Shown: one piece after another, positions 18,064-28,215 of the stretch
Layout of the letters: the number at the start of each line of letters is the position of its first letter
Position numbering within the stretch: position 1 is the first letter of the stretch
Source: Acidimicrobiia bacterium
Lineage (GTDB): Bacteria; Actinomycetota; Acidimicrobiia; Spongiisociales; ZC4RG35
DNA length: 64,000 bases
Assembly: GCA_041747855.1 (NCBI GenBank)
Contig: JBGTEJ010000055.1
Location: 77,930-141,929 of the forward strand
Reading direction: 5' to 3'
The notes under the pieces: model-generated
What the model saw: the letters and a program-made list of their open reading frames with translations, nothing else
Database searches by the model: none
What the model was told of the DNA's origin: nothing
Program-made: the position numbers and the translations under genes

Positions 18064-20625
18064 ATGACCAGAAAAGCCCTGATCCATCAGGTTGAAGCGC
18101 GGGAGCGGCGAGGACGCTGGTTCGGCGCCCTTGCCACTCTCCTGTCGATGTCCCTTCTCCTCTCAGGTTGGGTCGGTCTCTTCGCGTTCTTGGGTGCCAA
18201 CGCCGCCTATGGGACATTTGAGGAGCTCCAAGAGGAATGGGTGCCCGACGCCGCAGGAATGCAACTCAGCCTGCCCGACTTGAGCCGGGTGAGCCGGGTC
18301 TACGCCAACTCAGGTGAGGTGCTGGCCGAACTCCATGACGGTCGCAACTCGGAACCCCTTCCTTACAGCTCGATTCCCGACCTGGTGGTCCATGCTGTAC
18401 TTGCCGCCGAAGATGCCGACTTCTTCGAGCATGAAGGTGTCGATTTCTCGGCAATCCTCTCTGCCGCCATCGACAACCTGATCTACGACGTCACCCGAGG
18501 TGGCTCAACGATCACCCAGCAAGTAGTCAAGAACGTCTTCGTGGGGAACGAGATCAGCATCCGACGCAAGATCAATGAGGCCTTCATAGGAATGGAATTG
18601 GAGCGTCGGTTCCCCAAGGAGAGAATTCTCGAGCATTACCTGAACTCGGTCTACTTCGGATCAGGGGCTTACGGGGTCAAGACGGCCTCCGAGGAGTTCT
18701 TCGACAAGCCCTTGGCCGAGCTCCGCGTCCATGAGGCAGCCGCCCTGGCGGTATTGGTCAGGAACCCAAGTCTGTACAACCCCAGGACTCGCCCCGAGAT
18801 CACCCTCGAGCGCCGCAACAACGTCATCGATCAGATGCTGACCAAGGAGTGGATAACCGAAAGTCAGGCGGCTTCTGCGAAACGCCAGCCTCTCGGTGTC
18901 GTCGACCGGCCGTTGCGTCGAGGCCAGGCTGACCATGTCGTCGCGGAGGTCAAGAAACAGCTTCTCCACGGTGCCGAGTTCGCGTTCCTCGGTGCGACCT
19001 ATGACGATCGTAAGAAAGCGCTTTTCGGATGTCCCGCTGACGACGACACATGTGACGGTGGCGGAGGTCTCCAGGTTTACACCACCATCGACCTGAGACT
19101 CCAGGACGAAGCCAACCGGATCCTACAAGAGTGGCTCCCGCTTCTCCCCTACGAAGAGAACCTGGCGGCCTGTGCTGGTCTGTTCCCCGACTTCGAAGAG
19201 AAGCAAGCCTTCTACGCCGTCTACGCCGAGACTCACTCATGCAGGCCGACAGGTGCCATCAGCATGGTGGACAACCACACGGGAGCGGTGAAGGTGATGG
19301 CTTCCGGTCTCCCGTTCGACTTCAACCAGTTCGACCTGGCCATACAGGGGCGACGTAACACCGGTTCTGCGGCCAAGGTCTTCGGTCTCGTGGCGGCCCT
19401 GGAGAACGGATATACCCTGGGCCATCAGTTCTCGGCGAGAAGCCCGATTCAGATCGAGTGCGAGTTCATCTGCTCCCCGGACGGGACCAACATCTGGACC
19501 GTACGCGGTGGGAGCTCGTCGGCAATGCTCAATCTCGATGCCGCGACCTATGCATCGACCAATGTGGTCTATGCCCAGATCTCCAATCTGGTGGGACCGG
19601 ACAAGATCGTCGAGTCCGCCAGGCGGATGGGAATAACCGAAGCGCCGCTCAACCCCGTCCTCTCGATAGTCCTCGGTTCGTCCTCCGTGTCGACTCTGGA
19701 GATGGCCTCGGCCTATTCCAATTTCGCAACGAACGGTCTTCACGCAGATGACTACATCATCGACCGGATCGTCGACCACACCGGGTCGGTGATCTATCAG
19801 CATCAGGTAGAGCCCACCCAGATCGGTGATCCGGGTGTTTTCGCGGCGGCGCGAAGGTCACTGGAGAAGGTGCCCACCGTCGGCACGGGCACCAGGGCGA
19901 ACATCCAGCGGCCGGCGGGCGGCAAGACCGGGACTCACCAGAGCTACTTCGATGCCTGGTATGTCGGGTTCACCCCGGAGTACTCAACTGCGGTTTGGGT
20001 GGGCTATGAGTCGGAGCAGATCGCACTTGCCAACGTCGTGATCAACGAACAGCGATACAGCCAGGTTTTCGGCGGCTCCGTCCCCGCTCCGATCTGGGCA
20101 GAGTTCATGAGGGTCGTCACAGATGGGCTCCCCATCTCTCCATTCCCCGAAGACCCGCCGAATATCAGCGACTACCTGACCCCACCCGAGACGATCGTTC
20201 CCGTGGTAGTCGGCTATTCGAGGGCTGACGCAGAGAGAGTCCTGACCGGGGCGTTCCTTACCCCCGTGATCGTCGAAGTCCCGTCGCTGGATCCTGTCGG
20301 TACCGTGGTCAGACAGTCGATCGCACCGGGAACCGTCGTGCCCCAGGGCACCGCCATCACACTGTATGTATCCAACGGGCAGGTCCCCACGGGAGCCTTG
20401 CCTTCCCTCCTCGGATTGACCATGACTGAGGCGCGTCTCAGGATCGACGAATTCGAACTGCAGACAGGTGTCCGCATCCTTCTCATCGAGGAGGCCATCG
20501 ATGTCACCAACCCCGATCATGTCGGGCGGATCATCGCTACCAATCCCCCTCCGGGAACCGAGATCAATCAGTCCGCCACGATCATCGTCTCGGTGGGGGT
20601 GCTTGCGGCACCCGCAGAGCCCTAG
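18064..20625 (+). CDS. ponA: class A penicillin-binding protein (transglycosylase/transpeptidase) with two C-terminal PASTA domains
   Basis: EDADFFEHEGVD, GGSTITQQ, YLNSVYFG; SAAK (SxxK), STN, KTGT; VPVVVG and LPSLLG PASTA repeats. Confidence 0.93.
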   Translation: MTRKALIHQVEARERRGRWFGALATLLSMSLLLSGWVGLFAFLGANAAYGTFEELQEEWVPDAAGMQLSLPDLSRVSRVYANSGEVLAELHDGRNSEPLPYSSIPDLVVHAVLAAEDADFFEHEGVDFSAILSAAIDNLIYDVTRGGSTITQQVVKNVFVGNEISIRRKINEAFIGMELERRFPKERILEHYLNSVYFGSGAYGVKTASEEFFDKPLAELRVHEAAALAVLVRNPSLYNPRTRPEITLERRNNVIDQMLTKEWITESQAASAKRQPLGVVDRPLRRGQADHVVAEVKKQLLHGAEFAFLGATYDDRKKALFGCPADDDTCDGGGGLQVYTTIDLRLQDEANRILQEWLPLLPYEENLAACAGLFPDFEEKQAFYAVYAETHSCRPTGAISMVDNHTGAVKVMASGLPFDFNQFDLAIQGRRNTGSAAKVFGLVAALENGYTLGHQFSARSPIQIECEFICSPDGTNIWTVRGGSSSAMLNLDAATYASTNVVYAQISNLVGPDKIVESARRMGITEAPLNPVLSIVLGSSSVSTLEMASAYSNFATNGLHADDYIIDRIVDHTGSVIYQHQVEPTQIGDPGVFAAARRSLEKVPTVGTGTRANIQRPAGGKTGTHQSYFDAWYVGFTPEYSTAVWVGYESEQIALANVVINEQRYSQVFGGSVPAPIWAEFMRVVTDGLPISPFPEDPPNISDYLTPPETIVPVVVGYSRADAERVLTGAFLTPVIVEVPSLDPVGTVVRQSIAPGTVVPQGTAITLYVSNGQVPTGALPSLLGLTMTEARLRIDEFELQTGVRILLIEEAIDVTNPDHVGRIIATNPPPGTEINQSATIIVSVGVLAAPAEP

Positions 20626-20691
20626 AACGGCAAACAGTTCCCCTGCAGCATCGCGGTCTAGGCCAAAGTTTCGCGCCCTGACACACCACAC

Positions 20692-20721
20692 TTGACAGTA
20701 GTTAGCATTATTTAGTAGAAC
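20692..20721 (+). promoter_or_regulatory. sigma70-type promoter candidate in an AT-rich patch
   Basis: Perfect TTGACA (20692-20697), 18 nt AT-rich spacer, TAGAAC, a few nt before the GTG/ATG start. Confidence 0.5.
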
Positions 20722-20725
20722 TTGG

Positions 20726-21163
20726 GTGATGAGAGCAGAAGCGCCCGCAAGCGGCCAGTGTCGTCCTCCAACCACAACAGTCGCAGGGCAGGCGGGCGCT
20801 CCTCTCAGCCCGACCGTGAAGGTTCGGGCGACGATCCCGACGGTCCTTTCGACCGGCTCGGAGGGTTTCGACCCGAGCGATCCCTATGTGAGAAGATTCT
20901 GGGTGGCCGCCATAGGCCCGTCGGCGGTAGCCGAACTGCTGCGTGTGATCCGAGCGGCGGGAAGGGGAGAGGATGTGCGGCTACCCAGAAGTCTGCCGAT
21001 GCTGTTGCGCGCCGGTCTCATCCAGGTGCTCGACGGAGCTCTGGTGGTGAAAGCCAAACTCCCTGAAGTGCCACTCGAGCTCCGCTGGCGTTTCACGCCA
21101 GCGCTCTCAGCAGAGCACACGCGATGGATGGCCCGAGTCGGTCGCGATGCTGGGCGGAACTAA
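20726..21163 (+). CDS. hypothetical protein (possible winged-helix-related)
   Basis: 145 aa ORF filling the gap between PBP and flippase; GFDPSDPYVRRFWVAAIGPSAV...LSAEHTRW motif; has its own promoter candidate. Confidence 0.7.
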   Translation: MMRAEAPASGQCRPPTTTVAGQAGAPLSPTVKVRATIPTVLSTGSEGFDPSDPYVRRFWVAAIGPSAVAELLRVIRAAGRGEDVRLPRSLPMLLRAGLIQVLDGALVVKAKLPEVPLELRWRFTPALSAEHTRWMARVGRDAGRN

Positions 21164-22380
21164 CGTCTGATAGCCAGGAGGGCCATGAGCCCAAGGGCCA
21201 TGAATTCTCCGGACACAAAGCCGACTGCCACTCTCAGTTCGGCGGCACCAGGGAGGAACATTGTTATCACGACCGCAGCCACCAGACCGCCAAACCAGGC
21301 GAGCCCGAGCATCCTCGTCTTTCCTTCTGCAACCAACACCTGTGAGGTGATCTGGGCGGTTGCCGCCGCCATGACCCCGGCGGCAGCCAGTGCGGCGAGA
21401 ACCTGACCTGGCCTGTATTGCGCCCCATACAAGGTTGACATGACCCAGGGACCGACCAACCAACCCACGAGGCCCCCAGCCATGGCGAGTCCTGCGCCTA
21501 TCAACACCACTCTCCTGGCGATGCTGACCAGTCGCTCCTGGTGACCGCCATGGGCCAATCCGACCAGATAGGGCAGAACACGCCCTTGCAAGGCGTAGAT
21601 AAGAGTCAGTGGTGCTCTGAACAAGGTGAAAGTGAAGAACACGATCGACACCATGGCATCGGGAGCGCCAAGGACGGCTACCGCTAGAGGTGCTCCCGCC
21701 AGTAGGAATTGGGCCGGCGCAGTACCACCAACGTAGCCAAGGAGGAAACCGGCGGGGAGCGACGCCGGTGCCTGCTCTTGTCCGGTGTCGTGACGCCACC
21801 ACCGCAACCCGAGGACCGCAAAACCACCTATCACCATCGCCCATCCCATCGATGTCGCCCGCAGTACGAGGCTGAAGAGGATCACACCGGCGACAAGTCG
21901 GCCGACAGTTTCGACGATCATCACCCAACCGACACCGGCGAACCTTCGCGACCCGGCGAGGACTCCCTTGCCCATGAACAAGAACCCGTAACCGAACGAC
22001 AATAGGACAATCTGCAGGACGTACTGCGGATCCCCGGCGAAGAACCTGCCGAGGGTTGCAATTACGAAGCCAGCTCCGATGAGGGCCCCAATCCCCGCCA
22101 TCACCAACATTGGCTTGAGGTGGGAGGGCATCGCTTTTCGTCCGCTGACGACTTCCCTGGTGACGTACTGCTCGACTGGCACCAGCAGGATCGTTGCGAG
22201 GATGAAAAACAGCGTCCAGAGGATGCTGATCGGAGCGATCGCCTCGGGGTCGAGCATGCGAGCCCCGTACCACTGGAACAGGTAGGCCCCAAAAGCCCCG
22301 ACCAAACCTCCCCCGACCATGAAACCGGTGCCCGGGGCGCGGAAGCCTCGCTTCGTCATATCAACCGCAGGGGCACTCAT
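21160..22380 (-). CDS. polysaccharide flippase (Wzx/MOP-like)
   Basis: About 12 TM helices, PVEQYVTREV motif; ATGA-coupled to the sugar transferase. Confidence 0.8.
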   Translation of the reverse strand: MSAPAVDMTKRGFRAPGTGFMVGGGLVGAFGAYLFQWYGARMLDPEAIAPISILWTLFFILATILLVPVEQYVTREVVSGRKAMPSHLKPMLVMAGIGALIGAGFVIATLGRFFAGDPQYVLQIVLLSFGYGFLFMGKGVLAGSRRFAGVGWVMIVETVGRLVAGVILFSLVLRATSMGWAMVIGGFAVLGLRWWRHDTGQEQAPASLPAGFLLGYVGGTAPAQFLLAGAPLAVAVLGAPDAMVSIVFFTFTLFRAPLTLIYALQGRVLPYLVGLAHGGHQERLVSIARRVVLIGAGLAMAGGLVGWLVGPWVMSTLYGAQYRPGQVLAALAAAGVMAAATAQITSQVLVAEGKTRMLGLAWFGGLVAAVVITMFLPGAAELRVAVGFVSGEFMALGLMALLAIRR

Positions 22381-23651
22381 CGAGCCCCGAACCCGGTGAC
22401 CACGATCCAGATGCTCTTCCAAAGAATCCTCAGGTCGAGTACCGGCGACATGTGCTTGATGTAATAGAGGTCGTATGTCAACTTCTCAACGGTTTCCGCT
22501 TGATCATCGGCGTATCCGTAATTGACCTGAGCCCAACCGGTGATTCCAGGTCTGACCAGATGACGATGACCGTAGAACGGGATCGAAGCGTGGAAGTCCT
22601 TGGCGAAGGACACTTGCTCGGCACGGGGCCCGACCAGAGCCATGTCACCCTTGATCACGTTCCAGAGTTGGGGAATCTCATCGAGCCGCGATTTGCGAAG
22701 GAATGCCCCACCTTTGATCACGCGCGGATCGTGTTCGCTGGCGAACCTGGGACCGTCGACTTCGGCGTCGATCTCCATGGTCCGGAACTTGTACATGGTG
22801 AACTGGTCCCCATCGAGTCCGACCCTGACCTGGCGGAAGATGACGTTGCCCCGCTCTGCAGCCTTCAGATAGAGGGCCACCAGAAGACCAAGGGTCAGCC
22901 AGATCGGGCTGACGAGGACAGTCAGGATGAGATCGGTCGCCCGCTTACCGGGCAACCACCTCGCGACCCTGAGGAGTGGGGCCGAGATCTCCCAACCCTC
23001 GGCCAGATGCACCAATGGGACCCGGCCGGTGTGCTCCTCGTAGATGGAGGCGAACGGTCTGATCGTGTATCCGGCGAGGTCACAGGAGGAAACGAACTGG
23101 GCCATACGCTCCGAGAGGACTGCGCCCAGATCGACGGCGATGTGGATCCCTGGTTCCGGGAGGTCCATGTCCCCTTCGAATCCCGGCTCGAAGACCTCCA
23201 CCACTACGGCGTGATCGGCCAGCCTCAAGTCGTCGGCCAGCTTCTTCTCCTTGGTGATCACGATCATTCGTTCCGACCACGGCCGGCGACGTCTGACGAT
23301 TCGGTGCATCGTGGCTGGCACCAGCCAGATGAGGAGGGAGGAGAAGAGGAAAGGTCGGGAGAAGTAAGCATCGCGGAAGATCACGAGTAGACCGGTTGTG
23401 AGCAGTAGGGACCCCAGGCCGATCATGCTCATCCGTCCGTAGGTCGGTCTTGGGACTCCAGGCCCGGCCATCTTGTCGGTGACGAACGACATCGCGATCA
23501 TCGACGCTGAAACAAAACCGATCAGGGGCCAAATGGGCTGTGCCTGCCACGGAAAGGCCGTGCCGAAAGCCAAGAAGGAGGCCACTCCGAAGGAGACGGC
23601 CAGAGATAGCAAGTCGGTAGCAGCTACCGAAAGAACAAAACGGGTGCGCAC
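22377..23651 (-). CDS. polyprenyl glycosylphosphotransferase (initiating sugar-1-P transferase, WcaJ/WbaP-like)
   Basis: N-terminal TMs; KRATD, FRQVRVG, MYKFRTM, DPRV, RKSRLDEIPQ, GDMALVGPR, RPGITGWAQV, YDLYYI. Confidence 0.94.
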   Translation of the reverse strand: MRTRFVLSVAATDLLSLAVSFGVASFLAFGTAFPWQAQPIWPLIGFVSASMIAMSFVTDKMAGPGVPRPTYGRMSMIGLGSLLLTTGLLVIFRDAYFSRPFLFSSLLIWLVPATMHRIVRRRRPWSERMIVITKEKKLADDLRLADHAVVVEVFEPGFEGDMDLPEPGIHIAVDLGAVLSERMAQFVSSCDLAGYTIRPFASIYEEHTGRVPLVHLAEGWEISAPLLRVARWLPGKRATDLILTVLVSPIWLTLGLLVALYLKAAERGNVIFRQVRVGLDGDQFTMYKFRTMEIDAEVDGPRFASEHDPRVIKGGAFLRKSRLDEIPQLWNVIKGDMALVGPRAEQVSFAKDFHASIPFYGHRHLVRPGITGWAQVNYGYADDQAETVEKLTYDLYYIKHMSPVLDLRILWKSIWIVVTGFGAR

Positions 23652-23764
23652 TAGTCAGGGATGATATTTGGATAGTGGTCAGTAGTGGAGGAAAAGATAG
23701 GAGCCATGGGAGTTTGACGTGCCGGCCAGAGGTCTCGTTCCGCTGATTCAATCACCTTGCCCAT
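23651..23764 (-). CDS. candidate bridge sORF (37 aa)
   Basis: ATG 5 nt after the pepA stop; its TAG overlaps the GTG start of the sugar transferase (TAGTG). Confidence 0.3.
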   Translation of the reverse strand: MGKVIESAERDLWPARQTPMAPIFSSTTDHYPNIIPD

Positions 23765-23769
23765 GCTAT

Positions 23770-25197
23770 TCAGTGGCTGGGTCCGGTTGCCCTGGCCAGT
23801 TCCACGATGGTCCTCACCCCGACACCCGAAGCTCCTTTGGTCATCTCACCCGAGCTCTCCCGACTCAAGGCAGGCCCCGCAATGTCGAGGTGGGCCCAGG
23901 GAGTCTCCCCCACGTACTCGGCGAGGAACAAGGCGGCGACGATGGCCCCCCCATATCGACTCCCCGACACGTTCTTGATATCGGCAACGGTGGAATCGAT
24001 CGACTTCCGATATTCCGAGAACAAGGGCATCTCCCAGAAGTGCTCCCCCGCCCTCGATGCCGCGGCCAGGATCTCATCGGCAAGTCCCCGATCCGAAGAG
24101 AAAAGGGCGGTGATCTTGTCGCCCAACGCGGTTCTTGCCGCTCCGGTGAGGGTGGCCACATCGACGATCCGATCGGGTCCGTATCGTCGGATGAGCCCCA
24201 GGCCATCGGCAAGGATCAGCCGACCCTCTGCATCGGTGTTGAGCACTTCGATAGTTGGGCCCTCGATCGGTCTCAAGACATCACCAGGTCTGGTGGCGTC
24301 GCTACCGATCGCGTTGTCGGTGAGCGGGATCACACAGGTCACCTCGACGGGAAGACCGAGTCCGGCGATGGCGACCGTCGCAGCTGCCACGGTGGCGGCC
24401 CCGGCCATGTCGCCTTTCATGTCCTCCATGAATCCGGCCGACTTGATGGAGAGACCGCCGGTATCGAACATGATCCCCTTGCCGACCAAACCGAGATGAC
24501 CGACCGGGCTCTCAGGACGGTATTTCAGGATGACCATTCTCGGGTCACGGTCAGAACCGGCGGCGACACCTAGCAGCGCGCCCAATTGCTCCTGTTCGAT
24601 CTTGGGCCGGTCCCAGACCTCTGAGTCGACTCCGGCACCCTGGGCTAACTCGTCGATCTGGTTTGCCATAGTCTCGGGTGACATGTCTTTCGCCGGAGTG
24701 TTGACCCACGACCTGGCGCGATTCGTCAGGTTGGAAACAATCACCGCCTCCCGGAGCTCGTCGGCCAGACCACCGGCCACCTCCACGGTCTCCACTTTGA
24801 GCTTGTCTCCGGTGGTTTTGTACTCCCGAAACTGGAAGCCACCGATCACACTTCCTTCAACTACGGCTCTTGTTGCCTGCTCCACCCCGATCCCGGCAAG
24901 GAGCGTGACCAGACGTGCCGTTCTTGCCTGACGCACCGCGGTGCCGGAGGCAGCCCTGATCTCCTCGAAGCTGACCTCACCGCCCAGTCCGACCAGTAAC
25001 GCGGCACTGGCACCCGGGTAGGGGACCAGAAGGGTCTCTGCGGGCTTGGCTTCAAAACGCGACACCGAGATCACGTCCTCGGAGACCCGTGCAAAGGCTT
25101 CCTCACTCCCTGGAGCGGGCTCCATCCCCTCCAGGACACCGATCACCAGTGTGGCCCCCGCGAGGTCCGCCCCTACATCAACAACTCTCATTTCCAT
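23770..25197 (-). CDS. pepA: leucyl aminopeptidase (M17)
   Basis: LVGKGIMFDTGG, MKGDMAGAA, NTDAEGRLILAD, DVATLTGA, WAHLDIAG. Confidence 0.95.
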   Translation of the reverse strand: MEMRVVDVGADLAGATLVIGVLEGMEPAPGSEEAFARVSEDVISVSRFEAKPAETLLVPYPGASAALLVGLGGEVSFEEIRAASGTAVRQARTARLVTLLAGIGVEQATRAVVEGSVIGGFQFREYKTTGDKLKVETVEVAGGLADELREAVIVSNLTNRARSWVNTPAKDMSPETMANQIDELAQGAGVDSEVWDRPKIEQEQLGALLGVAAGSDRDPRMVILKYRPESPVGHLGLVGKGIMFDTGGLSIKSAGFMEDMKGDMAGAATVAAATVAIAGLGLPVEVTCVIPLTDNAIGSDATRPGDVLRPIEGPTIEVLNTDAEGRLILADGLGLIRRYGPDRIVDVATLTGAARTALGDKITALFSSDRGLADEILAAASRAGEHFWEMPLFSEYRKSIDSTVADIKNVSGSRYGGAIVAALFLAEYVGETPWAHLDIAGPALSRESSGEMTKGASGVGVRTIVELARATGPSH

Positions 25198-25219
25198 GCG
25201 AACTCCATTCTTACAAGAC

Positions 25220-25912
25220 TCAGCCTGAGAAGGGCCCAACTCCAGCGGCCAGAGCTCGACCCAAGAACACGGCCCCGAGACTGGTCAGGACAGCAAGATA
25301 AGACAGACCGGTCGCCGCCATGACACCTGAGTAGGCCGGTTGTCGGAGAGCACCGATCACTGCGAGCATCAGGATCACGGACAGACCAAGAAGTGTCACC
25401 CAAGCCGTCGTCGCCCCGGACCATGCCGAAACGCCAAGTCCCCTCACCACCAAACCCTCGAGGAGTAAGCCGCCGATACCCACCCCGGCGAGACCTCTCA
25501 ACGCCCAACGTGGCAGTCGAGGGTCCACCAGATACCAGTGGCCGAGCATCATCTCGCCGGTCACACCACCCAACACCAGTGCTGCCGTTACGGCGAGAAT
25601 CCAACCGCCTAAGTAGGTGGCGTCGACCAGGTAGGTCAGAGATGCCCCCAGAAGCATCAATCCAGCAAGTGGCCGATTGCGGGCCAAACCCATTGCTATC
25701 GCCGCTGCCAGAGTCCCCCATGCAGACCAGGATGTCCCGGGTACGAACCAACCGACAAGCCCCATCACACCCGCAGTCCCACCTGTCAACCAGGTGAATC
25801 CAGGTCCGACGATACCGAGCAGCGACACCACTGCTGCCACCAGGGCTAGACCCGCGGCCCATCCCAACAGGATGAAACGCGGGTCGACTATCGCGGTCAG
25901 GTCGAGAGGCAC
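25220..25912 (-). CDS. multi-pass membrane protein of unknown function
   Basis: About 8 TM helices; EMMLGHWYLVDP and AATGLSYLA motifs; start uncertain (GTG 25912). Confidence 0.75.
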   Translation of the reverse strand: MPLDLTAIVDPRFILLGWAAGLALVAAVVSLLGIVGPGFTWLTGGTAGVMGLVGWFVPGTSWSAWGTLAAAIAMGLARNRPLAGLMLLGASLTYLVDATYLGGWILAVTAALVLGGVTGEMMLGHWYLVDPRLPRWALRGLAGVGIGGLLLEGLVVRGLGVSAWSGATTAWVTLLGLSVILMLAVIGALRQPAYSGVMAATGLSYLAVLTSLGAVFLGRALAAGVGPFSG

Positions 25913-26059
25913 TGAGGCTGCATGATGCCGGAAGCGGTATCCCATAGCGAGTATCGGTGCCAGAATCGGCGACCAAAGCTGGGGAACGGAAGCCTCAAGG
26001 GCGAGGTTGGGCTTGCCGAATTAGTGGTGAAGCTGCTACCCAACGAAGCACAAAAGTCG

Positions 26060-28156
26060 ATGAGATTGAAACTGCCCGTCATCACTTTGGCCATCGGAGC
26101 GATGGTCCTCGCTACTTCGCTACCCGCGTCGTCCCAACCACGCGAGGTCTCCGCCCAGGACGGTGCAAGCGTCGGTGATCTCGAACGCTCACTGACTCCG
26201 CCATCCGAAATGATCACGGCTTCAACTGGTGATGTCACCATCTACGGCGGCGGATGGGGCCACGGCATTGGGATGTCGCAGTGGGGCGCACATGCGATGG
26301 CGATCGCCGGGAAGACCCACGAGGAGATCCTCCAGCACTTCTACACCGGTATCCAGTTCGGGGCTATAGCCCCGGTCGGCGCCATCCTCCAGCATGCAGA
26401 CCCCGTCCGTATCGGCGTCGGCCCCAACCGGATCTCAGTGAGCTTCCAGCCGGTGAACGGGCCCGGAGAGCTCTGTCTTTACGAGATCATCCTCGCCGAT
26501 CCGGAAGGTGAAGGCGGGGAGCCGCCGGAACCCGTCTGCCACACCGTCAACCCCGGGGAACAGTGGTTTCTCTATGGTCGCCATGCCACACCCAACCCTG
26601 GCGACAACTGCCTGGTGACCAAGGGTTCGACGACCATAGCTGAGCTCCAGGACTGCCGGGCGACGCTCGAATGGGGGGACCAGCCGAATACCAGGATGAC
26701 ATTCCCCGCGATCGGAAGGACCTACGCAAGAGGCTCGATAGATTTCACGCCGACTCAAATAGGGGGTGTCCCGGGTTATCTCAATGTCAATGTCGTCACG
26801 ACCATGGACGAGTATCTGTATGGTCTCGGCGAGGTCCCATCTAGCTGGCCGATGGAGGCCATGAAGGCGCAAGCCATTGCGGCCCGAAGCTTCGCGCTCT
26901 ATCGGATCTGGTCTACTCGTAATCTCCTAGGCGGCGTATTGGCCGAATGCGATTGCCACCTGCGACCGACGACCGTCGACCAGGCATACCAGGGATGGTT
27001 CACCAGCGGCATCACGGAAGGTTCATCATCTGGCCATCGGTGGCGTCAAGCGGTAGAGGAGACTTCGGGCAAGGCGATTTGGCACTCCCATCACGGTCCG
27101 ACCAGGGCAGCCGAGGCGTACTACTTCTCATCTACGGGAGGCGCAACCGAGAACAACGAGGACCGCTGGGGTGGCAGCCCGTATCCTTACCTCAGATCGC
27201 GTCCTGACTCTGGTGCCACCTCTTGGAGCAAAGGCTTCTCTTTCGCGGGGTTCGCCTCCGCCCTCGGCTTCAGCACGGTTACCTGGGCAGAGATCACTGA
27301 GAGATACGAGTCGGGACGACCCAAGAACATCATCGTCCAAGGCATCAAGAACGGGTTACAGACCACACAGAACTTCACGCCAGCGGCATTCCAGACTGCG
27401 CTGGGATTGACTTCCCAGACCGTCATCACGATCAACGGCCTTCTCCATCCTGAGGCCGACCGTGTCGTGCTCCATAACCCGGCGACCGGTCAGTGGTGGT
27501 ACCGGAGTGAGAGTGGGAGCACAAGTGCCATCTACTACGGCGTTCCAGGCGACCTCGCCGTCCTGGGAGATTGGGATTGCGACGGGATCGCCACCCCTGG
27601 GCTGTATCGGCAGTCCACCGGATACGTCTATCTCAGAAACTCGAACACCCCCGGATACGCGGACCTCCGCTATTACTTTGGGATCCCGGGAGACATACCG
27701 GTCGTCGGCGACTTCAACGGGAACGGCTGTGACACCGTGTCCATATATCGACCATCGCAGTCTCGTTTCTACATCACCAACCAATTGGGGTCTGACGACC
27801 AGGGGTTCGTGGCTGACTACGTCTTCGTCTACGGCAGCCCTGGAGACGTTCCATTCACCGGAGACTGGAACGGTGATGGCATAGACACGCCCGGGCTGCG
27901 GAGGCCATCAGACGGCTTCGTCTATCTTCGCAACAGCAACACCTTTGGAGTGGCCGACCTCAGCTTTTTCTATGGGGTCGCAGGCGACCATGTGTTCTCG
28001 GGTGACTGGAATGGGAGCGGTGTGGATGGACTGGGCCTTTTCCGCCCCTCGAACAACACCGTTTACCTCCGAAACACCCTGAGCACAGGCCCCGCCGATA
28101 TGAGCTATCAGATGGGTAGTTCCAAACACAAACCGGTGGCCGGCTTCCACGATTAG
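26060..28156 (+). CDS. secreted SpoIID/LytB-domain protein with C-terminal DxDxDG repeat domain
   Basis: Signal peptide; GWGHGIGMSQWGA, EYLYGLGEVPSSWPMEAMKAQAIAARS, DQAY, YPYLRSRPD; C-terminal repeats. Confidence 0.9.
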   Translation: MRLKLPVITLAIGAMVLATSLPASSQPREVSAQDGASVGDLERSLTPPSEMITASTGDVTIYGGGWGHGIGMSQWGAHAMAIAGKTHEEILQHFYTGIQFGAIAPVGAILQHADPVRIGVGPNRISVSFQPVNGPGELCLYEIILADPEGEGGEPPEPVCHTVNPGEQWFLYGRHATPNPGDNCLVTKGSTTIAELQDCRATLEWGDQPNTRMTFPAIGRTYARGSIDFTPTQIGGVPGYLNVNVVTTMDEYLYGLGEVPSSWPMEAMKAQAIAARSFALYRIWSTRNLLGGVLAECDCHLRPTTVDQAYQGWFTSGITEGSSSGHRWRQAVEETSGKAIWHSHHGPTRAAEAYYFSSTGGATENNEDRWGGSPYPYLRSRPDSGATSWSKGFSFAGFASALGFSTVTWAEITERYESGRPKNIIVQGIKNGLQTTQNFTPAAFQTALGLTSQTVITINGLLHPEADRVVLHNPATGQWWYRSESGSTSAIYYGVPGDLAVLGDWDCDGIATPGLYRQSTGYVYLRNSNTPGYADLRYYFGIPGDIPVVGDFNGNGCDTVSIYRPSQSRFYITNQLGSDDQGFVADYVFVYGSPGDVPFTGDWNGDGIDTPGLRRPSDGFVYLRNSNTFGVADLSFFYGVAGDHVFSGDWNGSGVDGLGLFRPSNNTVYLRNTLSTGPADMSYQMGSSKHKPVAGFHD
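27458..28153 (+). repeat. about five tandem ~47-aa protein repeats (G.PGD...GDWxxDG.DT.G.YR), copy 1
   Basis: GDWDCDG to GDFNGNG 47 aa, then 51 aa, then 47 aa; ends KPVAGF. Confidence 0.9.
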
Positions 28157-28215
28157 ACGCTAGGTAGCCCCACGCCCAGGTCGGAGCGACAGGACTTTGG
28201 CTGTATGGTTGGGTC

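Noticed and set aside
22452-24573. Long antisense ORFs opposite the sugar transferase and pepA
   Set aside because: Typical GC-rich shadow ORFs with no domain signature.
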